Part shown: positions 25,667-38,733 of the stretch, one piece after another
Numbering within the stretch: the first letter of the stretch is position 1
How the letters are laid out: every line of letters starts with the position of its first letter
DNA from: Pecten maximus
Taxonomy: Eukaryota
DNA: 64,000 nucleotides
Direction of reading: 5' to 3'
Assembly: GCF_902652985.1 (NCBI RefSeq)
Contig: NC_047019.1
Coordinates: 23,808,001 to 23,872,000 of the forward strand
Translations under genes and position numbers: made by a program
The notes under the pieces: generated by a model
Database searches by the model: none
What the model was told of the DNA's origin: nothing
What the model saw: only the letters and a program-made list of their open reading frames with translations

Positions 25667-26228
25667 TTTAGCCCATACGCAACGAAGTTAGGGGGGTAAG
25701 GCCGGTATACTGGAATCAGGTTGTCTGTCTGTTGTCCGTCCGTCTGTTTGTAGACACATCTTGTCCGGACAACTCCTCCTTAACCGATGGGCCGATTCAA
25801 ATGAAACTTCACACAAATATTAATGATCATGTGTAAATGTGCATGCCACTTTCTTTTCCTCAAAATTATGGTTGCTATGGCAACTGGTCACTATAAACAG
25901 GTTTTTTTTTATCAGAACCATAACTTAAAGTTTGTCCAGAAAACTCCTCCTAAACACAAGGACCGATTCCAATGAAACTTCACATCAATCTAGAGGACCA
26001 TGTGTAGATGTGCATGCCACTTTCTTTTTCTCAAAATTATAGTTGCTATGGCAACCGGTCACTGAATTCTCTTTATTGTGAACAACACATATTTCAGACA
26101 TTCTGAATTTGAGAAATATCGGCATGCACGGGTTATCTTAGTTAGCCTCTAATTAACAGTTCCAATTCACCATTGACTCGTGCAGATTGCGGGGGTATTA
26201 GTCGGCCATCCTGGTGACAGTTCTAGTT
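25667..26228 (+). mobile_element. Helentron-like non-autonomous element with two ~175-bp internal repeats, nested in an older degenerate element (~25625-27075)
   Basis: Starts ..CGCAACGAAGTTAGGGGGGT..TATACTGGAATC, then (GTCT/GTCC)n, two AACTCCTCC..ATGAAACTTCACA units, and ends GCGGGGGTATTAG..TTCTAGTT. The flanks carry ~125-bp units with CCCTTAGTTTATTTCAC. Confidence 0.65.
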
Positions 26229-28776
26229 TCTCAGGGAAATTTCATGAAATTTGTTACACAATGTACAGGAGTTTAATATAGCAAGATCGCAAATGAGATT
26301 CCATCTTCAGAACATGCGCTTCTTTATTTGCACAATTCTTGCCCTTAGTTTATTTCACACACTTCAAACTATCCACGCTCTAGATCTCACAAGGTCACAT
26401 TTCAAGGGAATTTCACGAAAATTGTTACCTGACATTTCTAAGACAACATCTGTGATAAGTTCCAGTTTCAGAACCCGCACTCCTATCATTACACAGATAT
26501 TGATCTAAGGAGGTAGTTTATTTCACTCAATTTAACTTTGTCAGAGCTCTCACGAGTTCATTTCTCAAGGGTATTTCATGAAACTTAACATTTCATTTCA
26601 TTATGGCAATATTTGATGTTAGTTTCATTTCCAGAGACTTCACTCCTTTCTTAACAGAATAATTACCTTTAGTTTATTTCAAACTTGATGTATGATTTTA
26701 TTATGACAATCGCTTGAATGAGTGAGTTTCAAAACTGACGCTCTGTTATGTAAAGAGTTATTGCCCTTAGTTTATTTCACTCGTATCTATCTTTGTTAGT
26801 GCTCTCACAATTGTAATTCCAAATTCACGAAACTTTTTATTATAACAATATCTCGAATGAATTTAATTTCAGAGCCGGCACTCCATTGTTTACAGTGTTA
26901 CTGTCCTAGTTTATTTCACTCAAATATATAATTTTCTCAGCACTCTCAAAAAAGTTGCTTTTCATGAAATTTTGTTGAGAAATCATTTAAATTAACATAT
27001 TTAACCCTACTCCTATACGTATATGAGGTCTTATTCCACCTGATTACATTGGTGGATATTGCGACAAATATGCAAGTCGGAAATAACCCTGAATCACCGA
27101 ATCACTGGATGACATCGATATAAGTCTTATTGGACTTCTTTGATGTATCTTGGCGTTTTCCCATAAAACCCACCTGTGCAAGTCAAAGCACAGCTTACCG
27201 AAAATTTATAGTTTTAACTTTGAAACATTTTCATATCTAAAAATACTGTTGAATTTTTGCACATACACTTTGATGTACAAAATCTATTTATTTCATCGCC
27301 CAATTCTCACAAATGGTCAATACTGGATATTTAAAATGCTTTTAAAATGTGAAAATATCTGCATTATTTGTAACGTGGCAAACGCCTTAATGCGAGTTTT
27401 ATTTGTTTAGAAATTTGTCAAACACGCAAAGATGATAGTGTTTAGTATTTATAGTAGATACCATTGACGTTGATATTCTACCAATGCTCAGTAAGAAATG
27501 CCACTTCGCTACGAAAACAGATTTCACTCTCAATTTACTTCCGCAGAATTTGTATTTTTGATTATTTGGATATTTAGATATTGTTCTGCGTCCATGTGGG
27601 CTGAGAAAGTAAACTGAAACAAATAAAAAATATTGATTACCTTGTTAATGAAAACATTTTGAACTAAAATTTACATTGGACAAAATGACAAATGTACTCA
27701 TATAGTATCGTCACCACTTTTAATGATACTGTCCTCGTGAGTGATAAAGAGAAAAGAATAACTATTAACTCATAAATTACATTTATTTTAGTCATGGCCT
27801 GTGGAAACATCATTCTCACGGGTATACATAGTAAAGACAAAGAATACTGAACAATAAATGACCTTTAGCATACTGTGTCCTATTTGACGTGGCTGGATGT
27901 CTACATTATATTTGGACTGTCAATATAAAGTAGTTTGTATGTTTTTTGTTCCTTTACATAAAGACAAGCTCTTCCTTTTCTTTTTCTTGTGTAATTTTCA
28001 AACGACCTTGATCAATTTTAATTGATTAAAACATATCTTATTACGTAAATGAAGCAAACGGATTGGGCACAAATTTTAGACTACTTCGCATTACAAAGGT
28101 CACCATCATAAACAAATTACATATAATCTGACCACAATGCCTATCAATTTTCATATAATCAAAACAATAACTCAACATATACAAGGTGATAGGTGTAAAT
28201 TTTAAATCACATTAACTTAACCTTTATAAAATTGTTGTGTTTGTTTCTTTTTACATGCTTCCTAAGGGCAGTATTTGAGAGTAGAGTAAGTCTTAGTCTG
28301 TATAAAAACTCGTCGGCTAATTAACAAATATTGCATAACTTAAGATAATCTGTTCTAGATATCAAGATATCAAATAAGCTATATACTCCTAAAATATATT
28401 ACCTTTTTTTAATTTGTTAAGTTTCATATCACAAAATCAAACCGATCGCCTGATAATTTGTGTTTTACATACATATGCTGAATTTCCCTTATTTATAGCA
28501 GCGGAGTAGTGTCAATATCAAGTCCTGTGTCCGGTATCTTCGCATGAAAGAAAATCCTCGTATTTCAATCCATGTAGACCACAGTAATTACGATTGGAAT
28601 AAACCACTTCATATTGACCCTCTCTCTAATACTATATGAAGGTTACATCAATAAGTATTACAACATTTAATGTATTTCTGTCATTATTCATCTCTAATAA
28701 TTATCTTCTATTTTCACAGTCTGACACGACTTCCCAGCCGTTTTGAGTGGTAAGATCTACATTTGTAAATCAAAGA

Positions 28777-31700
28777 TTATCTCCCTTGTTCACGTTTTGA
28801 CATGGCTTCTCTGCCGTGTGGAGTGGTGAAGTCGATTTCTGGTCCAATGGATACAATTCTTGTTGGGTTGATAGATTCATGACTTGTCTATAAAATAACA
28901 ATAAGAGAGATATAAGTCGTTAGTTTCTACACGAATCATCATACTGTATCCTGTATTTCTGAAGGATGATTTCAGGGTCTAATAAAATAAATAAAAATAC
29001 CAAAACGTTAAATGAAATACGACCCTGGACATATAAGTCCCAATCCAGTGGAGGGTTTACAGTTGTAATCAGTAACTACAAGTTCGTTTTTATGGATACG
29101 CTAAACATTCAAGGTCGACCGCGGACTCACCATGTAGTGCTTTGTGATGTGTTCAAAGTTCACGGTGTCGGCCACCCCTGGGATCTGGTATAACTCCCTC
29201 AGGTATCCCCACATGTTAGGGTAGTCAACAATCCGCTTCTTGTTACACTGGACAAAATGTAAATAAAATTGTTTATGTTTTGGGGGGAAAATCTAATTTG
29301 AAATTACTAAAGATAAATATTCTTTCAAGTAGATCTCATTCACTGCATGTTATAGTTTAACTATAAGATAATATAAGATAAGATAAGATAAATTTGTGGA
29401 ACAAATACATGGATGTTAAATTCCTTTCCCGGCACATGCTAACATTGCAGACATCACTAACATACTCCGAACACTAATAATCAATACAGAATAATCATTC
29501 ATTTATTTTGAACTACCTTGAAATGTCCTACGTAGACCAGATCAAACCGTATAAGTGTTGTGAATAGACGGATATCCGCTTCCGTCAGCTCCTTCCCGGC
29601 TAGGTAGCGGGTTTTAGACAGGATGTCTTCCACCTGAAGCAACAAAAAGGTGTTTTCGAAACAATTACTAATTGCAACAACACAAACTGGTGATTTTGAA
29701 TGCATTTGACAATTCTGACCTTATCAAGCATCCAATGTAATTATCTCAAGGATAGTTAATGGTGATACATTGTACCTTGCGGTATAACCTTTACTAATAT
29801 ACAATGTAGGCAAAAAATAAGAATTGTCCAATGGTAGTTGTTTACGAAAATGATGACAGCGAAATGGTGTTACAGACAATGCGTTGCCAATAGGATACTT
29901 TAACAACTAGGATCCACTGATATTGTGTCCAGGACAATAAATAAGCTTGAATTAGGGATTTCTATGTACAGTACCTTGTCCAGACCCTGGAATAACTCTC
30001 GCACTGCTACATCATATGCTTCTTGAGTTCTTGCAAAACCGCTTCTGTACACACCATTGTTAACCATCCTGTAACGTATCGTGTTTTTCAGTAACACAAA
30101 AAGCAAATGATACCGACATAATAACAATACTGTAATTCTAATAACTTTCATGAGTCACTAACGATGCAATATTGAAACCTTAACGTACGTAGTCAGTTTG
30201 AATTCAGGCATAAACATCACACACTCTATTCTAACTTGAAGTTATGTATTTGGTAACAAGGGTCAAAATTAATATTCGCTTGCTTTACTGATTTCAATGA
30301 ATTGACTCTGACTTTTATATAAGCTTGCCAAGTACAACTCCGAAATTTAGTACATGGATTTGTATCAAAAGCTTGTGTGAGACAATGTAAGGGCTGATGC
30401 AAATGGTAAAGCTTTTGGCTACCTATTCTACATTGACTTATTCCCCTTTGAACAAGTACGTACAATAGGCCAACTCCCAAACGATAGTTATATAATAACT
30501 CGAAGTCTGCAATTGTCTTATGAGGATTATAAGTAATAATACAGTTATAATTTTCGCATAGGAATGGCGTTTTAAGTTGGTATACATTTGTAAACTATGC
30601 ATCAGGAATTCAATGTGATATTAAAAATCAATACAAGATAAAGTCAGTAATACGTATAACTAATTACCTATTGAAGACGACCAAGGAAGAGAAGCGCGCA
30701 TCTTAATCTACCTGATTTAATATGACAAGGCTTTTGCTGGTTTAGATTGTGTGAAAATGATCTCGAAATAGGTAAAGGTAAATGAGAAAACATTACAAGA
30801 TTCCCAAAACTATGCATAAACTGTAAATTATACGATGATAATTTGCATTATTTCGTTTTCATTCTTCCACTAAGCAATTGCTTAGATCCAAGTTATATCA
30901 GATTGCTGAAATCCTCAACTCAACTATAACTTAAACGATAACAAATCTTACATGCATCATGTTGCTATCCGATACGAAGATCATATTCCAGACATATTCA
31001 TTAGACAGGTTTGCATCAAGTTTGAATTAGTATTATGGATATATCAATGTGGCGATCAACAAGAAGTAATTTACCCGACATTTATCTGGTTGACATCGAT
31101 CCCTGATCATACATACGGATAAATCCATTCGTTGACTCCATCTATGTCCTTCTGGAGGGTTTTAGGATAAAAGTCTAACTTCTTCTGTTCTTCGTTGGCA
31201 CAGTAAGCATTGAATTCTGAGTTTAACATCTGGATAATCTCGCTCGACTCGTTGTTTACAATGGTTTTCTTTTGTTTATCCCACAGGACGGGAACGGTGA
31301 TACGACCTTCGTAATCTAAAACGGGACATATGGCTGTCATAGATTTGTAATATCAACATGAGCGATGAAGACGTAGCGATTCGACACAGCTCTAGAACAG
31401 GACACGAATAGTAGGAAGAAAGTGGCATGATTTATACAACTAGGCTGAAGGTCTCGAACACTGAAATACTATGAAACCTCAGATTTAGGCAGCTGTATAC
31501 TTTTTCTTAAAATGCCTCAAACACATCTTTTTGACGTATAAATGTCTTATGTGTTTCATTTACATCATGTATATGTAAAAACATCACGAATTATTATATT
31601 TGCCTGAAATGATTAAATTAAATTGGTATATTGAGACTCACTGACCTGGGTTAGCTATCCGGTAAACCTCCCGCAAACGTGAGCAACAATTCACAGTGTC

Positions 31701-34700
31701 CAAATTACAATTAGGTTTCTAGATATATAAAACGGAATGAATACTCATGTAAAATACATTTTACAGACGGATTCTACAACTTTTTTCAACGGTATCATTA
31801 TAACTAATAGACGCATTGAGTATTACAAACAATGGTTGACAATCAACACAATTTTGTCACTTCTAAGAATCTATCAATTTGAATGTAAATTGCATTGACG
31901 GAATGTATGCTTATCGGACATAAGAAATGAATAGACAAAGAAAGCATTTCATTTCATTTCCAGAGTACAACTATTATAACGATGGATATATATAAACATA
32001 ACTATATCCATACCTTGTCCGTGAAAGACCACCCTTGTCCGTCCATGAACCAATCTACAACGTCACAGGAGATGGTCTGTTCCAACCCCTTGAGTTTCCT
32101 AACGATCAGGGTACGGTGAGCCCATGGACAAGCTAGGCTGACATACAGGTGATACCGCCCGGACTCTGCCTTATACCCAGACGATCCATCCGCTGTATAG
32201 GCGAGAAGCAAATCAAGAGGCAATGTGAGAGAAGATATTATCATTAATGCCTATTTATAAGCCTATAGTTTTGTTTCTTTCTTTTTCAGTTTTCTTCTTC
32301 TTTCTATTAAATACTTCAAAAGGTCTTGATTGAGGATGTCTCTGCGTTAAGTCAAATGGTGTCTGAAAGTAAAGCGCGCGTGTTTTCTTTATCCTTTTCA
32401 AATTGATTCCTTGCTGACATATTGCGACTCTGTAACATTTCCTATAATAAGTGTGCCACTTGGCAGAAAACTAGTTTTGCGAGCCATGGATATTGTTAAC
32501 TAGCCACATACACAATTAGTATCCAGAGATTATGCTTGGAATGTCCATCAATTGTTTGTAATGTGATAACAGCTAGATCGACAAAAATATCGTTTCCTTC
32601 CTTATATTCAATATACATTGTTACAATACATACCCTTATCATTCGGGTGATTTCCCTGTTATAACACTACTGTATTACCTTATTATTCCCGACTGGATAT
32701 ATTACATGTACCTACTGTAGTTCAGCGTGTGTAAATCCTCACTATTTATGATGACATTCTCATTCAGATGTCACTTACCAGTTATCCTACAAAAAAGAAT
32801 ATCCTGACATTAAAACCTTTTTATTATTTCAAAAGTACAAATTTAGGTATACCGTTATGTTCACAGAAATGGCATGATAAGTACATGTATAACACAGGTA
32901 TACCAAATAAACACATGCAATGTGCATACCTACATGTGTAACAATATATTTCAAACTGAAAGTACGCATTTGTAATTCTACGAAAAGGAGTGCAAAATAT
33001 TTCCAGAAGATTGAAAAAAGGAATGAGTGTACACATCTTTTAATCGAGACACTCGCAATGGAAAAAGTCAATAGATATAATAGTAATGACAACGACCGAT
33101 ATAAAGCATTCAGTTGAAAAGCTAGAACGCACGTTTGTTTATTTCATTCATCAAGCAGACAACCTTGTCTGTAAAGCGATAGATATCTGCTTCTACCATG
33201 GAATGTGTATAAAGCAGTCAGTTGAAAAGCTAGAACGCACGTTTGTTTATTGCATATATCCAGTTGAAAAATTAGAACGTATGCATGATTACCTTTTTAG
33301 CATGGCCTAATCAACGTTTCAGTGATCTCGTTTGTAAAACTATTACAAGGAACATACTATGTAACCAGAGATGTTTTCTTTTTCCCTTTTAAAGGGTATT
33401 TGAATCCTCAGGCGATCACATTTGTTTTCATCGTGAAATTATTTTTGTGATTAAAAGATAATAAATATTAATTATTCGCACTTGTTTTCACATATGTATT
33501 ACGATGTTATCGGATTGAGGATTATCGGTGAGTTTTAGATTTGATTTTAAGCTTAATTTACGTTATGATGTAGGAATAATGCATATTATTTTGTAGAATG
33601 GTATATATTAAATCATGATAGCATACATTTTGGATATGGAGTTTAACTGAATTCGGCTTATATCGAGCTTGAGACTGAGTAAGCATTTCCATACCTAAAA
33701 CTCATACTTGTGATAGGATTACATTTGTGATAAACACGATGTCTATATTTTGATTATGTTTTTGTTGAAGGACGTAAGTTGCAATTTAACGATAGAACTA
33801 CTTTAGAGAGTCAACAAGGATATCCCGACTATGTGTAATGTAAGCGTAAGTGCAAAGTAAACCGGAAATTCACGATGAGATCAGTGTCAGTGTTTCTATA
33901 ACAGTGTACGTGACCCTATGACCAATAATCGGTACACGATATCTAGACCGATATATGATTCTACCGAGGAATGCGTATACTGCGATCATCCAGTTGAAAA
34001 GCTAGAACGCACATTTGTTTACTGTATTCGACAAGCGGACAGTCTGCTCTATAAAGCAGTGTATTTATCCAGGTGAAAAAATAGAACGGATGTATGACTA
34101 CGTAGCATGGCTTAATCAACCGTTTTAATTATCACGTTTGTATAACCAAAACCTGCGTCCTTTTTTGTAACAACTGGTAGGGACATAACCATGGATATTC
34201 TGATCATTCGATTGTCTCTTTAAGAGCGCATAGTCATTTGAAGATTTGATTCCACAATTATTGTTACAAAACCGGTAATAAATAAACAAATAAATGCATT
34301 AAATTTCATAGCCGCTGTCACATACGTATTACGATATATTGGATTATGGATTATTGTCGAGTTTTATATTTGATTTCAAACTTATATTAAGTTATGTTGA
34401 TAAAGGAGTTTTTTTTAGATCATAATACATTATGAGAAACATTTCTTTATAGATATGGAGTTGTTAACTCTAAGCTTCAAAGTGAATGCTGTAATCTCAG
34501 ATCATCCTCCTGTTATAAATGCCTGTTTACTATAACTCCCTATAGGTGATCAGTGTAAACAAATAACTGCTGAAACACTGTGATAGTAATGGATTGAGCG
34601 AACATTTCAATACCTATAGCTTCTACTTGTGATAGGATTTCATTGTTGTTTGGCGTGTGCCTATATTTTGATTATTATTTGTTGAGTAATGTAAGCTGGC

Positions 34701-36226
34701 ATTGGATTACTGCTCTCAGAAAGACAGCAAAGAAATCTTTATCACGTGTTATGATCAGAAGTAAAACGAGTTCAAGATAAACCGGAAATAAAACAGATAA
34801 TAAACAGGAGTAATTCTATAGTGGAGTGAGTTTCCCTTGGACCAATCTTCGGTAGGCAATATCTAGATCGATATCTGGTTCCGCAGAGTAGCGCGCAATC
34901 TCTTATCAGTTGAAAAACTAGAACGTTTGTTCAGTTTACAAACAGGAATGCATGTTTTATTGTACAAGTAATGATAATACATAATCGTTTTTTAGTATCT
35001 CATTGATATCACCACTGTCCCTTACCACCCAGGCCTAGTTATATGTTATTATCATACTGTTTTTATCGATAAGTTTGTCATATTTTAAACTTGATCGATG
35101 TATCATAAGTACGCTGTGTCTGTATACATATGTATTGTTAAGGATTTCAACTTATACACACATACATGTTTTCATAAACATTGTCGAGTTTGTCATATCT
35201 GTGAAAAGCTAACATCGCGCATACCTGACACCAATCTAGACGTTACCTATACAGTTCAATTTCTACACAAGTTAGATTCAATGACACCAAATGTCCATGA
35301 ATTTGACCAGATTAACTGACCGCTTCGCTACTGCACATGATGTAAAAAACATTTTGCAGGAATGATTTTGTGTCAGAAATATCACACATTCTTCCCGATC
35401 CTGTAAATCGCCCGAATGGACCGAAAACTGTGAATTCGTGTCAAATTCCTGTCTTAGAGGTGGTCGAAACGTAACGCGCTCCATAAGGAACTGCTCTATC
35501 GATCATAAAGAAATATTAGTAAACATCCACGTTCTTAAAACTATGATATTCTCCCAAATAAAATGAATAGAATATAACATAGGTCTGTTTCTCACACATG
35601 ATTATCTCAGCCCGAGTGTTAGTGTTTTGCCAGTCAGTACGAGACGTGCCGAGTGCAGGCCAGCCAAACTCTTACACGAGGGTTGAGATAGCCTTGTTCG
35701 CGGAACAGACCCATGTTAACTGTTTTTCTCAGAGACCTGCAAGCAAATGTAAGTTTTTAAAAAAGTTTTTTCATAGCGAAATATAAAATGCTCCTCTCTA
35801 TTCACATGATCAAAATATCATATATTGGGTTTTGCGGACGTTTTAAATGATTTAAGTCATTTTTTAAATGCGCAGATCGATATTGATCTGGTCAAATACA
35901 TGGACAAATGAAACTGATAGGTTTCAATTAGCCCAATTCAACTAGACGTCGGGATATGATGTGTCGAGAGCAACTTAAATTCGTCACTCCATGAAATCAA
36001 CCAAAGAAAGATATGATTCTAATATGATCTTATAGTCAAATCATAATATGCGTTGTATTGTTGTCTGGGTAAATCTTAATAAGATAGATGTTGACATGAA
36101 TAAATTCATTTTTATACTAAAAATAAAGGATGCTTACCAATCGCGGAAGGAAGACTTTACCCTAATGAACTCTCCTTTCATTGAAGTGGGTATTTCAAAC
36201 CCGGCCTTGGGATCAGGAACCGCCAT
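28777..36226 (-). CDS. yqjG: Glutathionyl-hydroquinone reductase (YqjG/ECM4, Xi-class GST), copy A, 328 aa, 9 exons
   Basis: Exons 36226-36138, 32786-32779, 32192-32014, 31718-31646, 31315-31117, 30068-29975, 29633-29517, 29247-29131, 28887-28777 (987 nt, open frame). Motifs: [96 protein letters not shown]. Confidence 0.9.
32779..32786 (-). CDS. 8-nt micro-exon (GATAACTG) of copy A
   Basis: Context ttgtag|GATAACTG|gtaagt. It joins phase-2 exon 1 to phase-1 exon 3, giving W-I-T-A. Confidence 0.85.
33105..34930. repeat. Diverged ~900-bp tandem duplication in copy A intron 1, punctuated by CAGTTGAAAAGCTAGAACG motifs
   Basis: Collinear matches: ~33490/34318 (CACATAxGTATTACGAT), ~33705/34624 (ACTTGTGATAGGATTT), ~33859/34779 (AAACCGGAAAT), ~33920/34840 (GACCAAT..ATCTAGAxCGATAT), 33991/34907. 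Confidence 0.8.
35574..35720. repeat. Imperfect long hairpin, probable terminus of a non-autonomous DNA element
   Basis: TAACATAGGTCTGTT..TATCTCAGCCCGAGTGT pairs with ACACGAGGGTTGAGATA..AACAGACCCATGTTA. Confidence 0.6.
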
Positions 36227-38733
36227 TTCCAAGAGCTGATGAACATATGTATTTTGTTGGCTGTATCTCGTCCTTCCGATGCACGTCCACGTGTGTAGCG
36301 AGTTTTGATTAACACAAGGAGGTTGATATCACGTGGCCACAGTAAACTACGATCGATATACCCGACAGTTTGATACACATGTGAAAGGTACATATGTAAT
36401 CGACATGCACCACTGAGTTCCTAAGCTATATATTGGTTAGGTGTGCATTTTTCTGATCGGATTTTTCATGACCTCGTACAAATACATTATCTTGTAGACT
36501 CTCTCATCATTAGAAGACCGTCAATTTTAACAAAAATGTCAGGTTTTGTCATGTCATACGGCCATGTCAAAAATATCTTAAGACACGTGTAACAACACTA
36601 AGTAAATAACATCGTGATAATGTCACACGATGTTTTGGTGATGGAAATCATACCGTTCGAGTAGAAAATGGTCTTTTAGGGAAATTGATTTGAAAGTTAT
36701 TTTCTAATAATTATTAGTTATTATTACACATAATCATTCGGTTGTGTCGTTGCAATATTGACTTTATTAAACTTGTTTAATTAACTACTCGCTTACGACT
36801 CGTGAGATAGGAAATCATTGAACTTGCTTAAGGAAAGACACTTGTATAAGATCCTCTATATATAATATGGCGGCTGCTGATCAAACTAAAATCTAATTTA
36901 TTGTTAACATTAACCAATTCATTAATAAAACCAGTTATGTGTGTATACCAAACATATATCTGTAAATGTGTTTAAGAGTAGAGTGTTATAGGAAGCCATC
37001 GTGTACAATATCAGTCTGTCAAACTGTCATTTTTTCCGAATGTCTTTTCCAGATGTATGTTTTCCGTAAATATTTTTAAGAATGTTATAGGAAGTCACTC
37101 TTTATCATGCCAGTCTGTCAAACTGTCACTCGGTCTGAAGTCTTTACCAGATCAGTCTCTCATGAGTTGTCTCCTATTGGATCTTGTCGTGTATCCAAAT
37201 ACATTTAATCTAGCAACATTGAAAGAATTCCCAAACTGTTTTCTCTGCTTTTTGAAATCTAACATCTCCCTAATACTGTATACCATTATTATCAATTCAA
37301 TCAATAAAGACAATTAGGATATCTTAACTATTTTGTCTCACACCAAGTGAAATACCTTATCGTCGATTATGATTAGAATATAATATTAGAAGAAAAGCAA
37401 ATTTATTGTTAGTTTTTCAGGGGATAGTGTTCAGTCATATAAGGTATGAAAAAATGTTATCCTTTTGAAACACATTATTTTCTGTGCTGTTCTTGACCCG
37501 GTAACACAAACGCAGGTCCACAATTGTCCTCACAGTTATCCGTGACAGTCGAATTCATGTGAATTAAATTTTTTATTTGTATGCGATATATACCTGTTTC
37601 CATTTCCGAACAAGACAGAGTGATTATTGTTTTTATTAAGTACATGTACATCAAAAGAAATACAACTTATTGCGTTTCTTATTTTCATTATCACAATGAT
37701 AAGGATGAGCATATTTCCTTACACTTATACGTTAGTATCACAAATGAGAAACCCTTATTATGTAAAATTACAAAATGGATATGAAATTCTATATGACTAC
37801 AGGTATATTATGCACTGCAAAAATGCTTCCTAAGTTCAAGAGAGAAGTATTTTGATTGATAAGTAATGAAGCTGTTACAATAACTACTATATTCGAATGA
37901 ATCTCTATTAGATTAACGGCAAGAGATGAAAAAGTTTTCATAAGATTTATGTTTTGTCTTACTCCAATGCTTTCAAGTAACGATAAACTAATAATTCTGT
38001 TTCGTTGACCGTTTCGTTGGCATTTTAACATGTGAACAAAAGATGATAGCTGTTGTAAGTTGTTAACATGGTCCAGCCGCAGTCACCGTCAGACATCGGT
38101 GATCTGCATTCATATAGATCCGATCGATCCTACTGGGGAAGTTGGACAAAGAGTCTCGTGTTCATTATCTAAATAGTTCCGTTGAGTATTTTCGGTAAAC
38201 ATGACCAATCCGACCTGCCGTTATATGTGCCCTTGGTTTTTTTTGGTAATGTTGCAGATACAAAACAATGCCGACACATGGCCACGGCCATATGAATTTG
38301 GATTGTCAATTCTCCAATGAAGTAGAGTCTTTTTGAATTCAAAACATTTTGAATGATCGATATAAATAGAAATTTTCACGTCAAATCGACAATTTTTAAG
38401 CTGGCCCTCCAACACAGGTCAAACGCGTCAATAGAAGAAAGGATTCTGTGGGGGCCAACGATGCTCTGGAATGGTGAAATAAATAGAGTTGGAAACCAAT
38501 GTATACCTTCCGTTTTAAGTTTCTTAACATGACCTCTCTAGCTGCCATATGGAGTGTTAATTATGTTGAAAGACGATTTTTTTTTTAAATCACAGAGACG
38601 AAAATCTTTAGCCAATTGGCTGATTTCAGCCTTTTTGGCTCGCAAAAAATGGTTAATTCCACTAAAGAAATGAATTTCTGCCTTTCTTAAGATTTTCCAT
38701 TTTCATCTCTGAATCTGCAAACAAATGAACAAC

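Noticed and set aside
37040-37190. GTCTTTACCAGAT shared with ~46839, ~0.9 kb upstream of copies A and B, as a remnant upstream exon
   Set aside because: The match is too short, and there is no consistent frame or acceptor.
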